A stretch of DNA of 64,000 bases. Origin: Schizosaccharomyces osmophilus (Eukaryota). Location: the NCBI RefSeq assembly GCF_027921745.1, contig NC_079238.1, forward strand, positions 3,038,001 through 3,102,000. The letters run 5' to 3'. Below the pieces are notes generated by a model. That model had not been told where the DNA came from, searched no databases, and worked only from the letters and a program-made list of their open reading frames with translations. This document shows positions 1 through 12,133 of the stretch, one piece after another (the stretch's first letter is position 1; each line of letters begins with the position of its first letter). The position numbers were made by a program, and so were the translations under genes.

Positions 1-351
1 GAAATTTATTCCGTGAAAGTTTTCGTTTGTACATGTAGTTTAGTATATTCCTCCCCCTTCCTGTCTTTGTTTATCTCTTAATTTAATGATTCAGTCGCAT
101 TCTTTTTGGTTAGGTTACTGTAGTTTTTATTCCTTGAACTGTTTTATGTTTTTAGGTTGTAATATCGAAAAAGAAGTTCATTAGTTTGTAGTATGAACCA
201 TTATACATTGTTTGAAGCATATGCATAGCTTTTCGTACTTTTCACAAATTCTTCCAAATAGAAGCAGCGTGTATATCTAAACATGGCCATATGTTACTAC
301 ATAAGGATCCCCCATGCGTTGGGTATTTGCGCAATAAAGATACCTTTTGCT

Positions 352-918
352 TTAGGCTAATAGACCAAGATAAATTTGTTTCTCCTTCGCCATCCAAATT
401 ATACTTATGGTGGACACAATGATGGGACTGAGCAAACCAGCACCCATGTTTGCACTCCGAAAGAGAAGCCATTCAGTTAAAAAGTGGAAGCTAGCCAAGT
501 AGTAAGTACACTGGCAGATAAAATAAATACTAAAACAAACAACTGATTAATAGACAACGCAGAGCATATTAAACTTAAGACTTACTCTGCACTTGACATA
601 TGATAGGCACAGTAAATACGAATAAGTGCGCTCAAAAAAGTCCAGAGACCAAAGGTGCGGCCTTGTAGTCCATTTACTAAATATAAAAGTTAGTAATCGC
701 CGAACTTGAGGAGGATAGTAGACGAAAATGGGAAAAGCTTCTACGTTTCAAGTCCTACCTTCCTTAGAATTACTGTATACGCGTTTCGTCAGCTTGGGAG
801 TAATGTAGGATTGGATGGTATTAAAAATGGCAGCAAATCCGACCAAAAGGTTCCATTTGGCTAATGTACCTTCCGGAAGATTATTAAAAACAAACGAAGC
901 AAAGGTAGAGAAAACCAT
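352..918 (-). CDS. erg28: Ergosterol biosynthesis scaffold Erg28, 3 exons (918-759, 676-586, 529-352); missed by the ORF track
   Basis: Spliced translation MVFSTFASFVFNNLPEGTLAKWNLLVGFAAIFNTIQSYITPKLTKRVYSNSKEVNGLQGRTFGLWTFLSALIRIYCAYH...FHFLTEWLLFRSANMGAGLLSPIIVSTISIIWMAKEKQIYLGLLA* carries the Erg28 motifs RTFGxWT, FHFLxE and SPIIVS. Introns are GTAGGA..TTAG and GTAAGT..TTAG. Confidence 0.93.
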
Positions 919-1451
919 GTTGACTCAAGCAATGGTATGGTAAGACTTAAAGGAGTAGTAAACGAGTATCACTAAAGTGGTGAAAAGGACCTTGAAAGAT
1001 CCGACTGATTAACAAAAAATATTCCTCACTACATACTTTTTATTGTTTTGTTTATTTACTTTTTGTTTGTTACTTTTTCTTCTATAGTATAGACTGAAAA
1101 TTCCATCGCTTGCACATAGCCTACGAAAACTCAATAAACCTTTTACCTATAAAGGTTCTACACATATATTAAATAACAAGGAAATAGTGAAAGTGATTCG
1201 TATGGATTCAATTGTAAGTAATTTGAACATCAACTAGTTGCAACCCAGTGTCCCAATATTTACGAACACTTTTCTTGATCTCCACAATTACGACGCTCCT
1301 AACTCTTACGACAATAATACAATTATAAGTACTACAATTTTATCTTTCATTTCTTTTCATTACTCATTAATAGAAAACAATAACATTGCATAGGTTTTTC
1401 AACTTGTACTAAAATCGCTTGAACTGAACTTGTTCTAGTGAAGCAATAACC

Positions 1452-2232
1452 CAGTCACAAAAATTTGGTCGCACACAACGCGTCGAAAAACCATTTACTC
1501 TTGTCTATACAGTACCTGTAATCTACTCTATTTTATGCTTTGGTCCATCTAAAAACACACTATGTGAAAAAAACAGCGGATACTCAGTCGAAGTTTGCGA
1601 ATAGTCGTTGTTTGAATACTTTGAAATTCGTACGCAACTGGAGTACTGTTGGATGCTTTCTTTGATAAACACAGTTTCTTGTCGAAATGGGGAACGAGCT
1701 AGTTGGTCATTCTATGTCGCTTGACGCGTCTGTTAAAAGCGCGATTCGTAAACACACCAATTGCAAACACGACGTAGGGCCTAATTGATCCTAGAAGCTT
1801 TTAATCCATGCTAATTCTTAAAAGAAATGCCTTTGAATGCAAGAATATCAAAGTTCTTTCGAGTATACTTTGACATGATCCTCATAACTTCAGTTTGCTT
1901 AATTAACGAAATTTCTTTCTACTGCGTTTGCAATATTAACGACGTTGAATGTGATAATTAAGCTTAGTAAAACGCGTTTAGGGCGATATGTGACGTCAAT
2001 TTCGATTCGCTTCAGGAAGTGTGCCACATTTCCAGCCATTACTAGAAGCCTGGAACTAAGAATACGGACGAGTAAACAAGGAAACTGTTTACAATGCAAT
2101 TTTGAAAGCATATATCGATGTTTTTATATTTGGATATTACAAGAAAATTCAACAGATAGGAATGACTGTATAATTTGGATGATTCAATTGCCAAACTGTT
2201 TATGAAAGAAAAGTGGCGTCACTATATATATA
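1452..2232. promoter_or_regulatory. ubi4/erg28 divergent promoter with CRE, forkhead (FLEX), MCB-like and Homol-D-like motifs and a TATA box
   Basis: TGACGTCA 1991-1998; GTAAACA 1748-1754 and 2072-2078; TGTTTAC 2086-2092; ACGCGT at 1478, 1724, 1972; CAGTCACA 1452-1459; TATATATA near 2223. These are motif matches only. Confidence 0.55.
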
Positions 2233-2256
2233 GCTTTCGACTCCCCTCTATCGTGA

Positions 2257-3429
<1,173 letters not shown>

Positions 3430-3827
3430 GCCGATTGTGGTTCTCTTACGCTTGCTTTTCGATTAGTTTTTTTGACATGGTAGTTGATTGAATTGTATCT
3501 TTTACATGACTTTTACAAATGCTTTAAGCAATGTTAACTATACTTGATGGAATGCGATATGTATGAAACGTATAAATAAATAAATAAGATGTAAGACAAT
3601 GTATTATAATCTAAAGTTTGTATATCACAAAAGATAAGATAGAGTAGAGCAATAACAAACAAACATATACGTTAGAATACGTTACATGTATGATGCCTAT
3701 TCAATCCATGGGATTTGTATTGCTACATCTATAAAAGTGTTTTCGGTAATATATACTTTTCTGAGGGAAATAGTTTGTATTCTATATGCTTGATTGAATT
3801 AAAGCAACCTGAACCACTTCGCCGGCC

Positions 3828-5368
3828 ATGATAATGAGCAAGACGTTGAAGCTTCGCGCATTTACGTGTGCACCATTAATATTCTTGTTCGTTTTTATAT
3901 GTATATACTTGGATTTTGGTAGTAGTCAAAAGTTATACGATTCGTTATGGGAGCCTAAAGATTCGAATTGGCAGGTCGTTGACGAAGGATCCTCAGGATT
4001 ATTGGCAAATATGATTTCTAAATACGAGAACGAGCAAGTAATTCGTTTTTACCATGAAAATCCTGATGAAACCAACGACGTCCTATTGTACGCAAAAGAC
4101 AGGAACCTTGATATTTGGGATACAAGTTCCCGCTATACAGATATTCGGCTCCATCGAGAAATTGTGAAGGATATGATTTCGAAGATCCCTAACCATAGAG
4201 TCTTGATATCAAATGTTTCTAGGGCACTTACCAACAGTATGCCTAACGGACGAGAAATGAAGAGCCTACCTCCTTTAAATTTCAATGCTCTCTCATCCAT
4301 GCCCCAAGAAGCATTTTCAGAATTATACCTGCAATATACCGAAGAATTTTATAAGAATTACCAGAATATCGAAGCTATAAATTCTTACCTTCGACTGCTA
4401 TCGTCTATGTACAGTGATTTATGTGAACTAACTTCATTGGGGACCACCTCTGAAGGGCGATCTATACTCGGTTTAAGAATTCATGGTAGAAGGTCGGATA
4501 CGCATGGACAATACCATGTTAAAGACGAAAACGAGGTTATTATTCTACAGGGTAATGCTCATGCTCGTGAGTGGATATCTATTCCAACGTTATGTTACTC
4601 TGCATGGAAATTAGTAGCCCAATACGATTCGGACAACCGTGTGAGAAATTTGCTTGATAAATTTGAATGGATTTTTGTACCTGTTTTAAATGTGGATGGT
4701 TATGCTTATACTAGGTCAGAAGATCGTTTTTGGGTGAAAAATAGGCAAAGCATAAAAACTTCGAACTGCAAAGGAATCAACATTGACAATAATTGGGGGT
4801 TTGGTTTCACCGGGGAAGGAAATCCTTGTGACGAGTTATTTGGAGGTCTTGCACCTTTTGAGGCTAATGAAACATATGCCATGTTCAATTTGATTTCAAA
4901 CACATTACCGAAGGAGGGGAAAACTACAGTTGGATTTCTAGACGTACATTCGTATTCTCAATCGGTTTTATGGCCTTATGCGTATACCTGTGATTTATTG
5001 CCTGCAGATGATGAGAATTTTCAAGAACTAGCAATGGGTTTAACGAAAGAACTTCATCGGGTAAACGGTAGATTCTACTCTCATCAGCAAGCATGTATAC
5101 CATTTGATGGTATTCATAAGCACTACCATCCAGGTGCTGCAATTGACTTTGCCTACTTCGTTGGTGAAGTTCGCTGGCCATTTACAATACGTCTTCGCGA
5201 TATGGGTGATTATGTAAGTAAAAAAAAATATATCAATTATTGAGAAAAGGATACTAACAACATATCTAGGGATACTTGCTACCAGCCCATCAAATTATAC
5301 CTACGTCTCGTGAATTTTATGCCATGCTTCTCTATTATGGTCAGTTTATATCAGAAGCTGCATACTAA
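3828..5368 (+). CDS. ecm14: M14 zinc carboxypeptidase-like protein Ecm14 (probable pseudopeptidase), 2 exons (3828-5213, 5270-5368)
   Basis: N-terminal hydrophobic segment; zinc ligands HARE and DVHSYSQ; intron GTAAGT..CTAAC..TAG at 5214-5269 restores ...RDMGDYGYLLPAHQIIPTSREFYAMLLYYGQFISEAAY*. Confidence 0.9.
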
Positions 5369-6048
5369 AAGCATTTTTTTTTTCGAGTTATTAATTTTTG
5401 GTTACTATCATGAGTTAGGATTTATGAATTTTCAGTCATATATAACTAATTTTGAGTATTATTTATTTTGAGTGCTTGCCTGTAATAAGGCATTGATATT
5501 TGCTTCAATAGCATTATCAGCACCATTTGTTCAATGTGTGGAAAGTAATTATACTAATGGAAATCTTTATAAATTAGCTTATTGCCAGCTTCATCCACAG
5601 ACAATGTTGAATACTGAAGACGTATTGAAAGAAACTTAACCGTCCATTTTGCATTTTGCTTGCTGAGAAGACTTTTAAACAAGTAGATTTTCAAGTGAAG
5701 ATAATAAAGCTAATCATCAAAACATTGACAATGTTGGTGATGTCGTTCACATTGATTCGAAATTATCAAACATAGAGATTACTTCCCTCTATTGTTTTCG
5801 GAAGTTTTTCGGATTTTTATAGTATCTTCCCTAATGTTTAGTTTTTTATCAATAAAACAAAAGAAAGACTATTTAAAAAAGCCTGAAAGATTGAGTATAT
5901 TTAAGATCGCATAATATCTTCCTAAAGAGAATATTCAACATTTGTATAATATGAAACAGCTTGTATAATTATATTATAGTTATATTATAATAAGCTGTCT
6001 GTATGCCTACAGATAACTACATCAAACCATCTATATATATAAATAAAA

Positions 6049-6888
6049 ATGACCACGGCTCATGTACGGCTTTTTATTTTGTTATTAAAATTATATACTA
6101 ACATTTTTAAATAGAGACCACAATTTGACCCCGCTCGGGGTACCTCAGAGATGGCGCCCACGAGAATTACCGCTAGTCGTGCATTACCAGCTCATTTAAA
6201 GCTCAAATACAGGAAAGCGAAACAAGGAACACAAGAAGAAGTTTCTAAGAAGGATTTTCGAGACCAATTACTACGCGCTGAAGCTATTCACTTTGCTAAT
6301 CGCGAGCACGGGGTTGCTGACGACAAACATTCCGAAGCACCAGTTGCCATTGAGGCGAATCCTGAAGCCAAAGCAGATGAATCTGAGGAAAAAGTGGATT
6401 ATGAAGCACTACTGAGGAAAACCTTGGAAGAAGACGCAGATACCAGTGTAAGTGAGAGTGAGAGTGATTCTGAAGTGGAAGGGGAATCAAACTTACCTGC
6501 CGAAAAACGATTGAAGACGTTGAATGAAAAAACCTCGGATCTAAGTAGTAGCTCTAGTTCAGACGAGGATGATGATGAGGAAGATGAGACAGCACAACTT
6601 CTTCGAGAACTTGAAAACATTAAACAAGAACGACAAAAGGAAAAAGAAAAACAGGAAATGGAAGAACAAAGAGAAGAACAAGAGAAACGTGAGCGAGAAA
6701 TAGCTTATGGAAATGTTCTATTAAACAATTCATCTACCAGTTCTTTTCAAGTTAAGCGTCGTTGGGATGAAGATGTTGTGTTTAAAAACACTCATAAAGG
6801 TGTTGACGATCAACCCAAACAAGGATTTGTGAATGATATGTTGCGAAGCGATTTTCATAAAAAGTTTCTTGCTAGATTTGTTCGGTGA
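6049..6888 (+). CDS. cwf15: Prp19/NTC-associated splicing factor Cwf15/Cwc15, 2 exons (6049-6063, 6115-6888)
   Basis: Spliced N-terminus MTTAHRPQFDPARG; C-terminal VKRRWDEDVVFKN...FVNDMLRSDFHKKFL; intron GTACGG..CTAAC..TAG. Confidence 0.96.
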
Positions 6889-7376
6889 TATATAATTTTT
6901 TACGACATAATCGCGCTTTTTTGTGTGTTATCTTCATATTTACTGTACAATAGAAATAAAGGTTATGATTTTATTACAAAAAAGTAGACTATATGATGGT
7001 GGTGATTTCCATATAAGGTGTAAAATCGGCGGTAGCTACCGCATTTCTATTCATTCGTGCTATAACATTTATATGTTGTTTTTTGTTATTAGTGACAACA
7101 TTGCACATAGTTTCAATACTTTGCCAACTGTTCGTCAAGCTCATAGTTGATTTTGTTCAGCAAAAGGGTACTTGCATTTAATAAATGTTATGTTTACAAA
7201 ATAGCAATACGTAGTGTACTGTACGCTACAAAGTATATCACAACAATTTGCAACTCATAATGCCTATTAGCGATATGCAACGCGAGGAAACACGACTTTA
7301 CTGAACGAAATTCCATCGGTGGTAGGGGAACTTTTCTCTTACCACGACCGCAACCCTTGTCTAAAAGTAAAAAGTA

Positions 7377-9262
7377 ATGGCTTTGCGAGTTCCTAAGGCC
7401 TCTGGGCCTCAATTATTTCGCGAAGGCTATAGAATCATGCAAGGCGTCGAAGATGCCGTGATTCGTAACTGTCATGCCATTCGTGAATTGTCTGAAATTG
7501 TATGTTGGGTGTATTGAAGATGCTGATTTATTCAACCTGAAAGCTCGCTGAACTAACATAAACAGACTAGGACATCTTTGGGACCTAATGGAAAAAATAA
7601 AATTGGTATGAATACACTGAACGAACTTGTTTATCGGTCTTGTTGAACTAACCTGATGAAGTTGTAAACCATCTTCAACAAACATTCCTCACAAATGATG
7701 CCGCAACCATTATAAGAGAGTTAGAAGTCATTCATCCTGCAGCCAAACTCGTTGTCGATGCTACGAAACAGCAAGAAAATGAGGTAAGTAGACAGTAGTT
7801 GAGATCTCCGCAGAAATGCAGCTAGAACGCACCTTCGTTCCTCCAGCTAACATCATTAGCTCGGTGATGCCGCAAACTTTGTGATCGTATTTTGTGGTGA
7901 ATTGTTAGCAAAGACCGAAAATATGATTCATATGGGTTTAACTCCTTCAGAGATTGCAAAAGGTTATGAAATGGCGTATAGCCATGTTGCAAAAGCATTA
8001 GAGGAAATTGTTGCAGACAAAATTGAAACCGTGGAAAATGAAGAAGGTTTAATCAAGGCTATTCGCACTTGTATCTCTTCCAAGCAATATGGCAACGAAG
8101 ATTTCCTTTCGGACTTGGTTGCTAAAGCTATCCTCACTGTTCTTCCTAAAGATCCTACAAAATTCAATGTAGATAACATTCGAGTTGTGAAGATTATGGG
8201 TGGTAGTCTTTATAATTCTCAAGTTGTAAAGGGTATGGTCCTCCCTAGAGAGCCAGAAGGAACTGTCCAACGGGTAAAGAAGGCTAAGGTTGCCATTTTC
8301 TCTTGCCCGTTAGATATTTCTCAAACTGAAACTAAGGGTACCGTTTTGTTGCACAATGCTCAAGAAATGCTTGATTTCTCTAAAGGAGAAGAACAACAAA
8401 TTGAGTCCCATATTAAGGAGATTCACGATGCAGGTGTTCGCGTCGTTGTTACTGGAGGAAATGTCAATGATCTAGTTTTGCATTATTTAAACCGTTTTGA
8501 AATTGCAGTCGTGCGCGTTCCCAGTAAGTTTGACCTTCATCGCTTATGCCGTGTCGTAGGTGCTACTCCTTTGTCTCGTGTTGGTGTTCCTATGCCTGAA
8601 GAAATGGGGTCCGTTGACATTGTCGAGACCATAGAGATTGGTGGCGATCGTGTTACCGTCTTCCGTCAAGTGGAAGATATTACAAGGACTGCTACAATTG
8701 TCTTGCGTGGTGCTACTAAGACTTATTTGGATGATATTGAACGTGCTATAGATGACGGTGTTAATATTGTTAAAGCTCTTGTTAAGGATAACCGTTTACT
8801 TTACGGAGCAGGAGCAAGCGACATGCAGCTTTGTACTAGACTTATTTCGATTGGTGAAAAGACACCAGGAATTTATCAACATGCTATTAAGCAGTACGGT
8901 GAGGCCTTTGAAGTTATACCTAGAACTATTTCAGAAAATGCCGGTTTGGATTCTACAGATATTCTAAGCAAATTGTATGCCGCTCACCAAAAGGAAGGTG
9001 GTGAATCCATTGGAGTTGACGTTGAAGTAAGTTAAATCCTTATTTCCTGTTGTGCTAACCATATACTTTATAGTGTGAGGATGAAGGTGTTCTCGATGCT
9101 AAGAAAGGTCAATTGTTTGATGTGTTGGCTGCCAAACACTCTGCGATTAGACTTGCAACAGAAGCCGTGTTAACAGTTTTGAACGTTGACCAGGTCGTTA
9201 TGTCAAAACCTGCAGGCGGTCCTAAACCTCCTGGACCTAATCCAAACTGGGATGATGATTAA
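7377..9262 (+). CDS. cct8: Chaperonin CCT/TRiC theta subunit, 5 exons (7377-7499, 7566-7605, 7662-7783, 7860-9026, 9074-9262)
   Basis: Spliced translation MALRVPKASGPQLFREGY..TRTSLGPNGKNKIVVNHLQQTFLTNDAATIIRELEVIHPAAK..SSKQYG..MSKPAGGPKPPGPNPNWDDD*; all four introns have a CTAAC branch. Confidence 0.96.
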
Positions 9263-9419
9263 TAATTTTGTTTGAAACAAAATTACGAAATTTTTCAAGG
9301 AACAATGAAAGAAGTGGTTTATTTTTTGCATGGCAATAATCTAATGTTGTAAATGTAAACTTTTAAAATAGATATCAACTAAGTATCCAGAACTTTAACC
9401 GTCGTATTATTTGGTTAGA

Positions 9420-10658
9420 CTATAAGTCACACTTGAAACTATTGCAAATCCATGAATTCTTCAACAGTTCTTCAGAGTATGGACGATGATCCCTATGTAT
9501 AAGTAGTGATTGAACTAGGTCGCGGGCTTCAATCCATGCATCCAAAGGATAAAGAGTAGAATTTGCAGTACCCTCATGCTCCTGCTCTTCTGATGGTTTA
9601 CATCGAATCCAATTATAAGTTAAACGGACCAACCTTTGGACATATCTTTTGATACGCACGTCAGGTGGATCTTCAAAGGGTGGCATAGCGTCGAAAGGCA
9701 AGCGGCCTTCCATCATTGCAAACAAGAGGATACCCAGCGACCAGCAGTCAGCTTTAAATCCGTCATGAGAAATACCAAGGTAGACTTCCGGTGCTGCGTA
9801 TTCTGGGCTTCCGCTTTCGGGCTGTACAATATGACTATCCTTATCGACGAATTTAGAGAACTCAAAATCAGAAATTTTAATCAAAGGAAGATGGTAAGTT
9901 TGAAAATCTTTAATTCCTTTAAGATCTTCATATTTCCTAGTTAGTAAAATATTTTCCAGCTTTAGGTCGCGGTGTACAAGAAGTTGATTGTGCAAAAAAG
10001 CGACGGCATCAACGATTTCGCCAAAGATTCTACCTACAAACTCTGGAGAAAAATTCGTATAAAAGTGTTTGGTACATTCATAAAGGTCACCTCCTTCATA
10101 GAATGATTCCGCTAATAGGATATCTGAGGGAGAAAGGTAATAATTGATTAGATGAACAATTCCACGATGTTGTAAAGAAGATAATATCCGGACTTCCTGT
10201 AGAAATCCTTTGTAAGCATAGGAAGTCAATTTTTGGGGTTTGGAAATGCACATAAGTTTTTTTATTATTATAAATTGCCTTCCGGAGGAACCCTTTGAAC
10301 TGGCAACTAAAAAGACATCCCTTTGACGACCGGAAGATACTTGCTTTTTTATTTTCCAGTTAAATTCAATATCTGGATCATATTTATAAACAAATCCGGC
10401 TTCAGATTTAATAGGTAGACAGTAAAATGTTTTTTGATAGCTTGGATGCAATACGGAATCCACTTCTAACTCAAAAAGACGTAGACAACTGGATGTAGGA
10501 TTATCTGTTTGTATATTTGATTCCTCAATTAAAGCTCTTTTGGTGAGCTCGCTCGTACAGGTGTTTGAGTACTTGACGGACCGCAAAAACTTTGGCTTTT
10601 CAACATTTCTCTTTTGACTTTGCTCATTTCTATCCAAAAAATTATTATTTTGAAACAT
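9420..10658 (-). CDS. ppk27: Ser/Thr protein kinase, Ppk27-like
   Basis: HRDLKLENILL, GSPEYAAPE and DCWSLGILL kinase motifs; DFE replaces DFG. The name comes from recalled synteny. Confidence 0.8.
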   Translation of the reverse strand: MFQNNNFLDRNEQSQKRNVEKPKFLRSVKYSNTCTSELTKRALIEESNIQTDNPTSSCLRLFELEVDSVLHPSYQKTFYCLPIKSEAGFVYKYDPDIEFNWKIKKQVSSGRQRDVFLVASSKGSSGRQFIIIKKLMCISKPQKLTSYAYKGFLQEVRILSSLQHRGIVHLINYYLSPSDILLAESFYEGGDLYECTKHFYTNFSPEFVGRIFGEIVDAVAFLHNQLLVHRDLKLENILLTRKYEDLKGIKDFQTYHLPLIKISDFEFSKFVDKDSHIVQPESGSPEYAAPEVYLGISHDGFKADCWSLGILLFAMMEGRLPFDAMPPFEDPPDVRIKRYVQRLVRLTYNWIRCKPSEEQEHEGTANSTLYPLDAWIEARDLVQSLLIHRDHRPYSEELLKNSWICNSFKCDL

Positions 10659-10844
10659 TAATTCACATAATTTTGATACTTATTTGGTATTCGAAAACCT
10701 GAAGTAAGAATATAATCTAGTAAAATAAGGATAGAAGTTCGAAGTACGTCAATGAGTATTTTGTAATTAAAGAAAGTTACTTTTACTCCGTTAAAAAAAA
10801 AGAAAAAAAACAGAAAAGTCGGTAAATTAGAAAAAAATAAAATA

Positions 10845-12133
10845 CTAATTGTCGGGATAAAGTCCTGCAGCTATAGAATCTTCAGAAGAAGCTGATCCCT
10901 CTTTTTGAAAAGTTTGAGAACCGTCTTCTGGTTCTTTTTGTTCATGGCCTGAATTTTCGTTTGATGGATTCTCACTGGAAAGGTTTTGTTCACTGTGGGT
11001 TGAAGCAACTGAAGGAGGTAGAGGAGAAAAGGTTGGTTCGACGGGATGGAGATCAGCTGAATAAGGAGCATGATCAATAGGAGGAGAATAAGAGTCTACT
11101 TCAGGAGAGTATGCATCATCACTGTTGTAACTAGGATCTGTTGAGGTATTAGCGTCTACGGGGGTTTGTTTGATGGAAGGGCTTTTTCCTTCGATGACCG
11201 TAAGTATGTCTGTCAATTCCGAAATGTTCGCTTCCTCTCCTTGTACGTGTTGTCTTTGATTGTCCAACAAAGTCTCTAAAGAGGATATTAAAGCCAGACG
11301 AGATTCCACGCTAAGACGGTGTGTTCTTTCGCAGGACGATACGGCATTCACAAGTTGAGCTTTAAATTTTTCATTTAACTCTGGATCATCGGATGGTTTT
11401 TCTCTATACGACTTGTACAAGACGTCAACAGCGCTTTTCGTTGTTGCTGAAGATTTTGCATGAATAGATGCTTCTACGAAACGTCTAGAAAGAGACAACT
11501 AAAAAACAGAAAAGTCAGAAGTTTCCCAGTTTGTGAAGAAGTGAATGAAAATGCTTACCCATTCCGGTTGATCGACAGCTGAAGGTTGACCAAGACGATT
11601 GTAATCGGCTTCCATAAATTTATTCTGAAGATCTGATAAAATTTTTTTTGAGAATATAGCTCGTTGGCACCAAACGTCGTATACGTATTTAATCTTTGTT
11701 TTTATGGTAGAAGGTACACTGGCATATGCTTGTGAAACAGCTTCTACGACGAACTAATTCACCAAAGACAATGTTAGCTAAATAAAGCTTTATTTTGCCA
11801 GCAACGGGCTTTCCTTTGCTAGGAACACGTACAGGTGCAACAGCGTCAATTAAATCAGTGATTTTTTTCACACGAGACTGTTGGACGACTTCATTAATTA
11901 AATATAACAGAAGTAACTTTTTATTAGAGGGAGCTAATTATGTTAATGAACTAAATTTGACCGTGATGTTTTCATAGTTGCAAACCTTCGCGCAGTGAAT
12001 CCAGCCAAAGTTGAATAATTTCATTCGCGTATCGTTTGTGATAGATAACCCAATGTGCAATCCCAGTTATGCTTTCTTGGGTCTCATTTAAGGTCACCAA
12101 CTTCGCCGAAACAATTTCTGGAGTAAGTGCCAT
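10845..12133 (-). CDS. rhn1: CTD-interacting-domain (CID) transcription termination factor Rhn1 (Rtt103/RPRD family), 4 exons (12133-11986, 11933-11833, 11753-11559, 11498-10845)
   Basis: CID motifs KLVTLNETQESITGIAHWVIYHK, KKLLLLYLINEVVQQSR and YDVWCQRAIFS; the three introns keep the frame open to the stop at 10845. Confidence 0.9.

Noticed and set aside
242..472. 76-aa minus-strand ORF in the track
   Set aside because: It is an off-frame reading of erg28 exon 3 and its 3' UTR.
5472..5639. 55-codon plus-strand frame between ecm14 and cwf15
   Set aside because: No ATG start near its 5' end, no supporting splice signals, no recognisable motif.
5956..5998. Imperfect inverted repeat ACAGCTT..AAGCTGT upstream of cwf15
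   Set aside because: Mostly AT low complexity with a short stem; compatible with chance.
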